Shown here in pieces: positions 18,771 through 31,270 of a stretch of DNA of 32,000 nt. The stretch's first letter is position 1; each line of letters starts with the position of its first letter. The position numbers were made by a program, and so were the translations under genes. Source of the DNA: Vibrio alginolyticus NBRC 15630 = ATCC 17749 (lineage in GTDB: Bacteria > Pseudomonadota > Gammaproteobacteria > Enterobacterales > Vibrionaceae); NCBI RefSeq assembly GCF_000354175.2, contig NC_022359.1:510001-542000 (forward strand), written 5' to 3'. A model generated the notes under the pieces. The model did not search any database, had not been told where the DNA came from, and saw nothing but the letters and a program-made list of their open reading frames with translations.

Positions 18771-19617
18771 AAGTATGACCCGCAAAAAAGTGGTTCACAG
18801 GGCCATGGCCTTTACCTACATCCAATTCATCAGCGTGTGCGATAGCTTGGCTGATGTACTGCTTACCCAGGTGCACCGCTTTGTGTAGGTTGTTGCCTTG
18901 GCCAAGATAAGACGCAATGGCGGAAGAAAGTGTACAGCCTGTGCCATGAGTGTTTTTGGTTGGAAATCGCTTGGCGCTAATTAACTCGGCACTGTCTTGC
19001 ATGATAAGCAGATCGTTGCTGTTTTCATTTTCTTCAAGGTGACCGCCTTTGAGCAGAATAGCTTTGGCGCCAAGCGCACGAAGGTCGGTAATCATATCGT
19101 TCATTTCAGATTCTGATTGAGGCATTGGCTTACCCGTCAATGCTGCGCCTTCGGGTAGGTTAGGGGTAATGATGTCTGCGAGCGGAATCAATTCTTCTTT
19201 TAAAGTGCTGATTGCCGACTGTTCCAGTAATAGATCGCCGCTGGTGGCCACCATCACAGGGTCAATCACGAGGTGTTTTGGCTGGTATTGTTTAATTTTG
19301 TCTGCAACGACTTTGATGATGTTGGAATCTGCCAGCATGCCCACTTTGACTGCAACGATGTTGAGGTCGGTAAATACTGCATCAAGTTGGCTCTCTACAT
19401 GGTCGAGAGGAATGGGGAAAATCGCAGAAACGCCTTGGGTATTTTGCGAAGTAATCGCCGTGATTACCGAGCAAGCAAAACTGCCGGTTGCGGACATCGC
19501 TTTGATGTCGGCTTGAATACCTGCACCGCCACCACTGTCTGAGCCCGCGATGGTCAATACGATAGGGGTAGGCAAGGCTGGCGTGTGATGTGAATGAGGT
19601 TGTGATTGCTGCGTCAT
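18760..19617 (-). CDS. thiD: hydroxymethylpyrimidine / phosphomethylpyrimidine kinase
   Basis: 285 aa. VLTIAGSDSGGGAGIQADIKA and the C-terminal GTGCTLSSAIA are hallmark ThiD blocks. It is the first gene after the TPP riboswitch. Confidence 0.9.
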   Translation of the reverse strand: MTQQSQPHSHHTPALPTPIVLTIAGSDSGGGAGIQADIKAMSATGSFACSVITAITSQNTQGVSAIFPIPLDHVESQLDAVFTDLNIVAVKVGMLADSNIIKVVADKIKQYQPKHLVIDPVMVATSGDLLLEQSAISTLKEELIPLADIITPNLPEGAALTGKPMPQSESEMNDMITDLRALGAKAILLKGGHLEENENSNDLLIMQDSAELISAKRFPTKNTHGTGCTLSSAIASYLGQGNNLHKAVHLGKQYISQAIAHADELDVGKGHGPVNHFFAGHTYVR

Positions 19618-19726
19618 GGTCGCTCCTACTACAAGACGTATAGGAACTGACTTTGACCGTTGCAGATAGATCGATTTTTCGATCGCTATCGCTTACCTAA
19701 GAGGGGCGACGAAAGGCAAAGTGTGC

Positions 19727-19817
19727 ATAGTTCCCTACGTCAGTGCTAACTGAATCAGGTTCAACGGGTCTCGAATTTCGATCTCAGCCAACACTTGTCG
19801 TGTGGCCCCCCGACTAT
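19727..19817 (-). promoter_or_regulatory. TPP (THI-box) riboswitch aptamer controlling the thiD-...-thiE operon
   Basis: The minus-strand RNA reads ATAGTCGGGGGGCCACACGACAAGTGTTGGCTGAGATCGAAATTCGAGACCCGTTGAACCTGATTCAGTTAGCACTGACGTAGGGAACTAT. It carries the conserved CTGAGA, ACCCnTTGAACCTGAT and CGTAGGGAA blocks. P1 closes as ATAGT/ACTAT. The aptamer lies about 110 nt upstream of the thiD ATG. Confidence 0.9.
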
Positions 19818-20133
19818 TTCGTTCGGATGATAGCAGGACCATTGCGGAAGGGATACGTTTTTTGAGCGTAATTATAATGAGTATTCAATTATGCGAGGTG
19901 AGTGATAAAGTAAGCACCTAAATGGTTTGCTGGGTGGAATTTACTAGTGCAACGCTCTGGTGAATGAGCAGAACCTGGAATATTTAATAAATAATCGTGG
20001 TCTCGTTAAGCAAGGATTAGCACAAAACAAGGTTAAAAAACTGTTAAAATTTAACGTGTTGCCAATTTAACTTTGTTGAACTTTTTCACAGTTAATTAGG
20101 AAGGCTAAGACGATCATCGAGCAAGGAGACTTC

Positions 20134-21519
20134 ATGCTTAATTCTGTAACAGCGAAGTCAGTGATCGATCATGCGCTCTTTTTGGGGGCTGATTTCGCTG
20201 AACTATTCGTTGAACATCACCAAACCAACACTGTCCAGATCGCATCTGGTGAAGTGGATAAGGTTAACTCGGGTATCGATTTTGGTATCGGTATTCGTCT
20301 TTTTTTCGGTCATAAGGTGCTTTACGGTTACACCAACAGCACAGATGAAGCCGAACTAAAGCGCGTAACCTCGCTGCTTGCTGCAAAAGACAAGCGTGAG
20401 CAAATCGCGTCAGCGGGTTCTTTGAATTTGAACCGCTACCCAATCCAACATGGTTGCCGCATGCCGCTAGGTAAGGATGCTAACCTAGATTCAAAAATCG
20501 CGTTTCTATTGAAAGTTGACCAAGCCGCACGTGCTGAGAGTGAACATATCAGCCAGTTTATTGGCAGCGTTCTTCAGCGCGAGCAACAAGTGTCTATCTT
20601 CAACTCAGAAGGTCTACACGTTGACGATACTCGCCACTACATTCGTGTTGCTGGTAACACTGTCGCGCAAAAAGGTAATGAGCAGTCTTCTGGTATGGAA
20701 GGTCCTGGCGCTCTTGCTGGTTGGGAATTCAGTGAACAGCTTGATGCCAAAGAGCTAGGTCAAACTATCGCGCAGCAAGCGTTAGTAAAACTTGGCGCGG
20801 ATGCTTGTCCATCGGGTGAAATGCCGGTGGTGATTGGTAACGGCTTTGGCGGCGTTATCTTCCATGAAGCATGTGGTCACTTGCTAGAAACCACTTCAGT
20901 TGCGAAGAAAGCATCAGTCTTCCACGACAAGATGGGCGAAATGGTTGCTCACACCGCAGTGAATGCAGTCGATGATGGCACCATGACCAACGAATGGGGC
21001 TCGATTCACATTGATGATGAAGGTATGAAGACTCAGCGCACTCAACTGATCAAAGACGGTAAGCTAACCAGCTTCATGGTCGATAAAATGGGTGGCATGA
21101 AGACAGGTTATGAGCCTACGGGTTCTGGTCGTCGTCAAAACTACAAGTTCGCACCAACCTCGCGCATGCGTAACACCTTTATCGAAGAGGGCGAGCATTC
21201 ACTTAATGACATGCTGGCAGGCATCGAACGTGGTATCTATGCGAAGAAGATGGGCGGTGGCTCTGTTCAACCGGGTACGGGGGAGTTTAACTTTGCTGTT
21301 CGTGAAGCCTACCTCATTGAAAATGGCAAAATCACCAAGCCTCTGAAAACAGCAACGCTGATCAGCACGGGTCCAAAAGTGTTGAAAGAAATCAGCATGG
21401 TCGGCAAAGACATGGCGCTTGCGCCGGGCATGTGTGGTTCCGTGAGTGGTTCAGTACCAACAACTGTCGGTCAGCCAACGCTGAAAGTAGATAACATTCT
21501 GGTAGGAGGCGGTAACTAA
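20134..21519 (+). CDS. TldD-family metalloprotease
   Basis: 461 aa. It has the HExxxH zinc motif (FHEACGHLLE) and the GxC...GSVSG C-terminal region typical of TldD. An AAGGAG RBS is present. Confidence 0.85.
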   Translation: MLNSVTAKSVIDHALFLGADFAELFVEHHQTNTVQIASGEVDKVNSGIDFGIGIRLFFGHKVLYGYTNSTDEAELKRVTSLLAAKDKREQIASAGSLNLNRYPIQHGCRMPLGKDANLDSKIAFLLKVDQAARAESEHISQFIGSVLQREQQVSIFNSEGLHVDDTRHYIRVAGNTVAQKGNEQSSGMEGPGALAGWEFSEQLDAKELGQTIAQQALVKLGADACPSGEMPVVIGNGFGGVIFHEACGHLLETTSVAKKASVFHDKMGEMVAHTAVNAVDDGTMTNEWGSIHIDDEGMKTQRTQLIKDGKLTSFMVDKMGGMKTGYEPTGSGRRQNYKFAPTSRMRNTFIEEGEHSLNDMLAGIERGIYAKKMGGGSVQPGTGEFNFAVREAYLIENGKITKPLKTATLISTGPKVLKEISMVGKDMALAPGMCGSVSGSVPTTVGQPTLKVDNILVGGGN

Positions 21520-22862
21520 TGAGCCAAGAACAACAACTTCTTAATGCGGTTGATTACGTCCTATCAGAAGCAAAACGCCAAGGTGCAGAAGCGGACGTCA
21601 TTGTAAACCGTAACAGTAGCTTTTCTTTGAAAGCGAACCAAGGAAAGCTGGATGAGTACAAAGTAAGCTCAAGCCAAGTTCTGGGTGTTCGTGTTGTGAA
21701 AGATGCGCGTGTTGCAACAAGCTATTCTGAGTCGTTAGAGCAACCAAGCTTGGATTTGATGCTGACCAACGCACTGCAAAGCGCTCGCTTTTCCAAGCAA
21801 GATGAACATCAGACGATTAGTTGCGTGAACAGTCAAATCGCGACTGATGTTGCTGAGATTGCGCAAGAAGATACAACTTCTGTTGACGAAAAAATCGAAC
21901 TGTCTCTCGCTCTTGAGCAAGGCGTAGTGGCTCTGCCTCACGCCTCTAGCGCACCTTACAATGGTTACAGCGATGGCGAAACACAACTGATCATTGCCAA
22001 TACTCAAGGCACATTGTGTCAACACTTCGAGCGCTCGTTCACTTGTTACGCGTATACCTTGTTTGAAAAAGACGGCAAACAGTCAATGGCGGGTAGAATG
22101 TCACTGGGTCGCCGTTTTGATGAGTTGAATCCAGCTTACTGTATCGAGGGTGGCTACAACCTTGCTCGCGATCTTCTTGAAGGCGCACCGGTTGCGACGG
22201 GTAACTACCCTGCTATCTTCCACATCAATGCGCTAGCAAGTTTATTCGGTGCTTTCGGCAGTGCTTTCTCTGGCGTAAGCGCGATGAAAGGCATTACGCC
22301 ACTGGGTGACAAGCTTGGTCAACGTGTTGCGAGTGATTTAATTACCTTTACTGATACGGCTTACATGCCAAATGGTATGGCAATCGCGAGTTTTGATAGT
22401 GAAGGCTTCGCTACTCAAGATAATGTCATGATTGCTAATGGTGAGTTGAAAACCTTGCTACACAACAGCCAGACCGCAAGTTACTTGGGCGCAGTCTCGA
22501 CAGCAAGTGCCGCTCGCGGTGCAAAATCGAGCCTAGACGTATCAGCGAATCACAAAGTGATTGCGACGGGTAACAGCAGTGCGTCAGAAGTAAAAGCGGG
22601 TGAGTACCTAGAGTTAGTCGAACTTCAAGGTGTCCATTCTGGTGCGGATGCAGTGAGTGGTGATTTCTCATTTGGCGCGAGTGGTTTCTTGTGCCGTGAT
22701 GGTAAGCGCATTCAACCAGTTCGTGGGATCACGGTAGCGGGTAACTTCTACAATATGCTGCAAGAAGTTGAGGCAGTAGGTGATACTCAGCTAATTAACG
22801 ATAGCCGAACTTTCTTCTCGCCAGACGTTCGTTTTGCTCGTTTGAGCATTGGTGGTAAGTAA
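21519..22862 (+). CDS. TldE/PmbA-family protein (partner of TldD)
   Basis: 447 aa. It belongs to the PmbA/TldD superfamily but lacks the HExxxH motif. Its start ATG shares 1 nt with the upstream TAA, which suggests translational coupling. Confidence 0.8.
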   Translation: MSQEQQLLNAVDYVLSEAKRQGAEADVIVNRNSSFSLKANQGKLDEYKVSSSQVLGVRVVKDARVATSYSESLEQPSLDLMLTNALQSARFSKQDEHQTISCVNSQIATDVAEIAQEDTTSVDEKIELSLALEQGVVALPHASSAPYNGYSDGETQLIIANTQGTLCQHFERSFTCYAYTLFEKDGKQSMAGRMSLGRRFDELNPAYCIEGGYNLARDLLEGAPVATGNYPAIFHINALASLFGAFGSAFSGVSAMKGITPLGDKLGQRVASDLITFTDTAYMPNGMAIASFDSEGFATQDNVMIANGELKTLLHNSQTASYLGAVSTASAARGAKSSLDVSANHKVIATGNSSASEVKAGEYLELVELQGVHSGADAVSGDFSFGASGFLCRDGKRIQPVRGITVAGNFYNMLQEVEAVGDTQLINDSRTFFSPDVRFARLSIGGK

Positions 22863-22885
22863 ACTTAGCATTACTATAGAAACAA

Positions 22886-22911
22886 AAAGAGGACTCAATA
22901 GAGTCCTCTTT
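22886..22911. terminator. bidirectional Rho-independent terminator between convergent genes
   Basis: AAAGAGGACTC-aata-GAGTCCTCTTT, with A/T runs on both flanks. It lies between the PmbA-like gene (+) and the TrmY-like gene (-). Confidence 0.8.
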
Positions 22912-22939
22912 CATTATCTAGCAACGTGTGCGCGAATAA

Positions 22940-23539
22940 CTAGAATTCGCGTATGTCCAACTCATTGTGGATCAATACTACACACTGAGAAGCGAAAAGC
23001 ATCTTAGGACCTAAGCTGATCTTCTCTGTGCCAAGGCGCTTTAAGCTGTTAAAAGACTTTTTCGGCATCGGTATATGGTCAGTTAGCAAGAAACATGGAT
23101 TTTCACCAATTTCTGCATCACGAACAAATTCGCCTTTCTTATCCAGCATATATAGTTGGTGATCTTCTGCCAGTTCTTGTACTAGGCGTTCAAAGCTCAC
23201 TGTACGAACGGTAATACCAGGTTCGACTTCACGAAGTTGCTCTTTACCCATACCAACCGAAGCATCCAAAGCGCGAGCCACTGCTGCAATCAAGGTTGAC
23301 TCATGGAAGCCGCCAATGTTGGTGATGTCGTTGGAGCGAATAGTAATGGTGCGTGAGAAATCTTTTGTGCTTTCTAAAACCAAGTGAACAACCACATCTT
23401 CACGGTGTGATTGAGCAACGAACATCGTGTTCATCATGGTATGAGCAAGAATCTCTGTATGCGCTTCATTACCAACACCTTCTAACAGTGCTTTGCTGGT
23501 GGTTGGCGCCGCGCGAGCTCGTAAAACAAAAGAGCGCAT
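22940..23539 (-). CDS. trmY: putative tRNA (pseudouridine54-N1)-methyltransferase (TrmY / UPF0217, SPOUT fold)
   Basis: 199 aa. The N-terminal MRSFVLRARAAPT and the HTEILAH...AQSHREDVVVHLVLES block match my memory of the Vibrio UPF0217/TrmY family. The call rests on recognition only. Confidence 0.6.
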   Translation of the reverse strand: MRSFVLRARAAPTTSKALLEGVGNEAHTEILAHTMMNTMFVAQSHREDVVVHLVLESTKDFSRTITIRSNDITNIGGFHESTLIAAVARALDASVGMGKEQLREVEPGITVRTVSFERLVQELAEDHQLYMLDKKGEFVRDAEIGENPCFLLTDHIPMPKKSFNSLKRLGTEKISLGPKMLFASQCVVLIHNELDIREF

Positions 23540-23699
23540 GAATTTAGCCTCTATATAGGAAGAGTGAATGCGCGGAAGTATATACCCAAGCAGGGAAGGG
23601 ATGCGAGTTTAATAGCAAATGTGAACTTACTTACAAAGCTTCGATTGTGGAGCTGGGTGTGCTGGTTAGAATAGGAGGCAACCCTGTTAGGAGTGATAT

Positions 23700-24224
23700 A
23701 TGGAAATCAAACAGATAAATAAAGACATTTATAAAAAGAAAGTAAACCTTGTGATTGGCGGTTTTGTTGCGTTGCTCGCCATCTCCTCTCTTGCCTTTAG
23801 TACCTTGTTGATTGTTTTGTTTGGCAACACTGAAGTCGTACCAGAACAATCAACGGGCAATTTCCATTGGAATTTGATTGGTGTCGTTCTCGCAGTTGCA
23901 ACTTCCCTCTCTTTATTGAATCAAATTAAAACTCGACCATACATGGAAGAAGTGCTGTACGTTTGGAAACTCAAGCAGCTGCACAACAAGATCTTTCGTA
24001 AACTAAAAAGCATTAAAGCAGCCGCGAACAATGGCGATGTAAAAGCGCTGACGATCCTTAAGTTCTACTATACGACTCAAAGTCAGGTGTTTGAGCTAGA
24101 CAACAACACACTGACGATGAGCAGTGTAAATAAAGAATTGGAGGCTCTCGAGCAAATCGAAGCGGCGCAATCAATGAGTCTCGATATCACAGGCTTTGAA
24201 GAGTCTTGGCTAGACACATATTGA
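23700..24224 (+). CDS. small membrane protein, possibly DUF3087-like
   Basis: 174 aa. It has two N-terminal TM helices followed by a charged helical C-terminus. A TAGGAG RBS is present. The size and LIV/RKL-type motifs recall DUF3087, but this is unverified. Confidence 0.5.
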   Translation: MEIKQINKDIYKKKVNLVIGGFVALLAISSLAFSTLLIVLFGNTEVVPEQSTGNFHWNLIGVVLAVATSLSLLNQIKTRPYMEEVLYVWKLKQLHNKIFRKLKSIKAAANNGDVKALTILKFYYTTQSQVFELDNNTLTMSSVNKELEALEQIEAAQSMSLDITGFEESWLDTY

Positions 24225-24267
24225 TTGCCTATTTGCTACTTGAAGTTAACAACTGAGTGCTAAAAAT

Positions 24268-24308
24268 AAGCGTTTGAGTGAGATTTCATCATTCGACGCT
24301 TTTTTTTG
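24268..24308 (+). terminator. probable terminator upstream of the rrn promoters
   Basis: AAGCGT ... ACGCTT form a stem with an imperfect internal helix, followed by T8. The following T-rich tract may double as the rrn P1 UP element. Confidence 0.5.
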
Positions 24309-24328
24309 ATTTTTTTTCTGAAAAGGGG

Positions 24329-24356
24329 TTGCCAAGAAAAATCATCTCCCTATAAT
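24329..24356 (+). promoter_or_regulatory. rrn P1 promoter
   Basis: TTGCCA (24329-24334), a 16-nt spacer, then TATAAT (24351-24356), followed by the GC-rich discriminator GCGCCTCC. An upstream A/T-rich UP-like tract is present. Confidence 0.75.
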
Positions 24357-24445
24357 GCGCCTCCGTTGTCAGGGCAAAGCGGAAACGCAAAAGCGGTTGG
24401 CAAGAAGGCGAAAGAAAACTTCTAAAAATTAATTTAAAAAAGTGT

Positions 24446-24473
24446 TTGACACTGAAAATTAATTCCTTAGAAT
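24446..24473 (+). promoter_or_regulatory. rrn P2 promoter
   Basis: TTGACA (24446-24451), a 16-nt spacer, then TAGAAT (24468-24473), followed by the discriminator ACGCCTCC. The architecture repeats that of P1. Confidence 0.75.
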
Positions 24474-24507
24474 ACGCCTCCGCTTCGATAGCAAAGCTTA
24501 CGAAGCA

Positions 24508-24520
24508 AGCTCTTTAACAA
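24508..24520 (+). promoter_or_regulatory. boxA antitermination element (leader)
   Basis: AGCTCTTTAACAA matches the rrn boxA consensus TGCTCTTTAACAA at 12 of 13 positions. Confidence 0.8.
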
Positions 24521-24692
24521 TATAGACCTATCAATCTGTGTGGGCACTCGTTGATGATAATCCAATTAGATACCTCGGTATCAAATTAGGTTTCAATGAA
24601 ACGAAGTGACCATTGAATCTTCGGATTCAGCACAGTCAATTCAAACATTACGTTATGTAATGTTCAGTATTCATTGAGCCGAACAAAATCTT

Positions 24693-26245
<1,553 letters not shown>

Positions 26246-26334
26246 AACGATGATTATTGCGATGAGTGTTCACACAGATTGATACGGTTTATGAAGTTTA
26301 AGAGATAGAACATCCCCCAAGATGTTCACTTAGT

Positions 26335-26410
26335 GTCCCGTTCGTCTAGAGGCCTAGGACACCGCCCTTTCACGGCGGTAACAGGGGTTCGACTCCCCTA
26401 CGGGATACCA
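26335..26410 (+). tRNA. tRNA-Glu (anticodon UUC)
   Basis: GTCCCGTTCGTCTAGAGGCCTAGGACACCGCCCTTTCACGGCGGTAACAGGGGTTCGACTCCCCTACGGGATACCA is near-identical in pattern to E. coli tRNA-Glu. The CCA end is encoded. Confidence 0.95.
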
Positions 26411-26412
26411 TT

Positions 26413-26488
26413 GGGTCGTTAGCTCAGTTGGTAGAGCAGTTGACTTTTAATCAATTGGTCGCAGGTTCGAATCCTGCACGACCCACCA
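26413..26488 (+). tRNA. tRNA-Lys (anticodon UUU)
   Basis: GGGTCGTTAGCTCAGTTGGTAGAGCAGTTGACTTTTAATCAATTGGTCGCAGGTTCGAATCCTGCACGACCCACCA folds as a cloverleaf with anticodon loop CTTTTAA. Confidence 0.95.
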
Positions 26489-26516
26489 TTTCCTTCCACG
26501 GAAATCAAAACAATGT

Positions 26517-26592
26517 GGGCGATTAGCTCAGTTGGGAGAGCACCTGCCTTACAAGCAGGGGGTCACTGGTTCGAGCCCGGTATCGCCCACCA
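26517..26592 (+). tRNA. tRNA-Val (anticodon UAC)
   Basis: GGGCGATTAGCTCAGTTGGGAGAGCACCTGCCTTACAAGCAGGGGGTCACTGGTTCGAGCCCGGTATCGCCCACCA has anticodon loop CTTACAA. Confidence 0.95.
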
Positions 26593-26705
26593 TTCTCTAA
26601 GTATTTTTGGAATAAAACGTCCAAACCAGAACAAGCAATTGATACTGGTTGGTATTTTTGACTCTGAAAGTCTTTAGAAAATGTAACTTCCTTGTGAAGC
26701 AACAT

Positions 26706-26718
26706 AGCTCTTTAACAA
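26706..26718 (+). promoter_or_regulatory. boxA antitermination element (16S-23S spacer)
   Basis: A second copy of AGCTCTTTAACAA lies upstream of the 23S gene. Confidence 0.75.
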
Positions 26719-26941
26719 TTTGGAAAGCTGACAAAACAATCTTTAAGATTGTTTGTAAAGTTCTCAATGTTTGTCTTTATGACAAACACCAAAAAACACA
26801 TTCAAGTGTTCTTGGGAATATCACTTTTACAGTGATTATTCGAAATTGAGTCCGGCAAAATCGAATGTCTCTCGCTCATTCAAATAATGAGAGACAACTT
26901 TGGTGATTTGAACATCAACTCGAAACTCCTTCGGGTTGTAT

Positions 26942-29831
<2,890 letters not shown>

Positions 29832-29922
29832 ACAACACCCAAGGGGTTTTGATGGACTCAATGAAAGAACATTGAATGTGTAAGAACGAGAATTAAAAAA
29901 CAGCTTTCCGAATTAAAGAATT

Positions 29923-30043
29923 TGCTTGGCGACCATAGCGTTTTGGACCCACCTGATTTCCATGCCGAACTCAGAAGTGAAACGAAATAGCGTCGATGGT
30001 AGTGTGGGGCTTCCCCATGTGAGAGTAGAACATCGCCAGGCTT
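29923..30043 (+). rRNA. rrf: 5S ribosomal RNA
   Basis: TGCTTGGCGACCATAGCG...CCGAACTCAGAAGTGAAACG...GAGAGTAGAACATCGCCAGGCTT. The ends are accurate to within about 2 nt. Confidence 0.95.
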
Positions 30044-30140
30044 TAAACATCGCTTTCAAGTTCTCTTTAATTGAGATAACTGAAGGCAAAACTAAAAATT
30101 AGCATCAATAGTATAAGACTAAGTTTTAGTGACAATTTGT

Positions 30141-30231
30141 GGAGAGATGGCTGAGTGGTTGAAAGCACCGGTCTTGAAAACCGGCATACGTTAATAGCGT
30201 ATCTAGGGTTCAAATCCCTATCTCTCCGCCA
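30141..30231 (+). tRNA. tRNA-Ser (anticodon UGA), type II with a long variable arm
   Basis: The acceptor stem is GGAGAGA/TCTCTCC. The anticodon stem-loop is CCGGT-CTTGAAA-ACCGG. The variable arm is ATACG-ttaatag-CGTAT and the T arm is TAGGG-TTCAAAT-CCCTA. The CCA end is encoded. Confidence 0.95.
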
Positions 30232-30235
30232 CTTT

Positions 30236-30270
30236 TAAAAAAAACCGCTGTTCTTACAGCGGTTTTTTTG
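30236..30270 (+). terminator. Rho-independent terminator ending the rrn/tRNA-Ser transcription unit
   Basis: AAAAAAAACCGCTG-ttctta-CAGCGGTTTTTTTG. The stem has an A-run upstream and a T-run downstream. Confidence 0.85.
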
Positions 30271-30509
30271 TATCTGCTGTTTTTTAACCGCTGTTATCGA
30301 AACTTCTAATTGATTTTTCTCTAGCTCTTTCTCCAAGTTTTTGCGTACCTACTTTGGGTTTAGTTTACGCAGTAATACCTTCAATCGAAGACATTTCCAT
30401 ACGTCTCATTTGGGCTTCAAATAGAGCTTTCTTAAGTCTCAACGTGGGATGCTTAAACGCATTTTGATAGAGTTCCAGTCTAAATACTGCGGATGCACTT
30501 GGAGAAAAA

Positions 30510-31270
30510 ATGAAGCTACTTTACTGGTTAGATGAATGGCAAGCTCTTACTCAACAAGAACAAGAGATGGCTTTACCTATCTCTGGCTACGATTTACTTG
30601 ATGATGTGTTTGTGAAGTATGAACTCGTCGATCTTAACAAGCCATTGTTGTTTACATTTTCTCCTTCCGGTACTGATGTGCAGGTACAAGATTTAACTCC
30701 GGATTTTTCTCCTTGGGGCTACGAGCTCGGAATACAACAACAAGTAAACATTATTGCCTTTCAACATTTAGGACAAAGTAATTGGTTCCGTAGTCGGAAT
30801 TTGATTTTCTTTCTGGAGCAGCTATCTGAGTTGCTTCACCCCTTCCAATGTCGTTTGGGTTATGGGCAAAGTCGAGGTGGCTTTGCAATTGGCGCGTTCG
30901 CTAACTTGCTGAAATTAGAACATCTTTTGTTGTTTTATCCTGTTAGCACAAAAATAAAGCGTTAGTGCCTTGGGATGATCGGCCGAGTACTGAGCTTGCT
31001 CAGCAGTTTGCTTGGGAAAGCGGCTATCATGATAGAGATTTGGGCAATGCCAAAGGTTATATTATTTATGACCCATCCAATCGCATTGATCGTCTTCATG
31101 CTGAACGTTATCCCGAGCTTACTCATTTGAAAGTCGTCGGTATGGGACACGGCACTCAATCCACACAATTAGATAAATTAGAATTTTTTAATCTGGTGGC
31201 GCAGGAGTTTGTTCGCCATCAAACCTTAGATATTGACCAATTTAATAAGCAAATTCACGCTTTGTTTTAA
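30510..31270 (+). pseudogene. frameshifted copy 1 of an unassigned ~250-aa paralog family (alpha/beta-hydrolase-like motif order)
   Basis: Two adjacent ORFs (30510..30965 in frame 0 and 30965..31270 in frame -1) together align end to end with the intact downstream paralog. The break maps to an A5 run (30950-30954), where the paralog has A6. A GGAGAAAAAA RBS precedes the ATG at 30510. Confidence 0.7.

Noticed and set aside
19665-19690. A hairpin in the thiD leader, considered as an intrinsic terminator for the riboswitch.
   Set aside because: No U-tract follows it on the transcribed (minus) strand, and the stem is imperfect (a 2-nt bulge). It is kept only as part of a possible translational platform.
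19877-19990. Tiny ORFs upstream of the TldD-like gene (MSIQLCEVSDKVST, MVCWVEFTSATLW and MSRTWNI), considered as possible protease substrates or RiPP precursors.
   Set aside because: None has a Shine-Dalgarno sequence, all are very short, and there is no leader/core organisation. At this AT content they are indistinguishable from chance.
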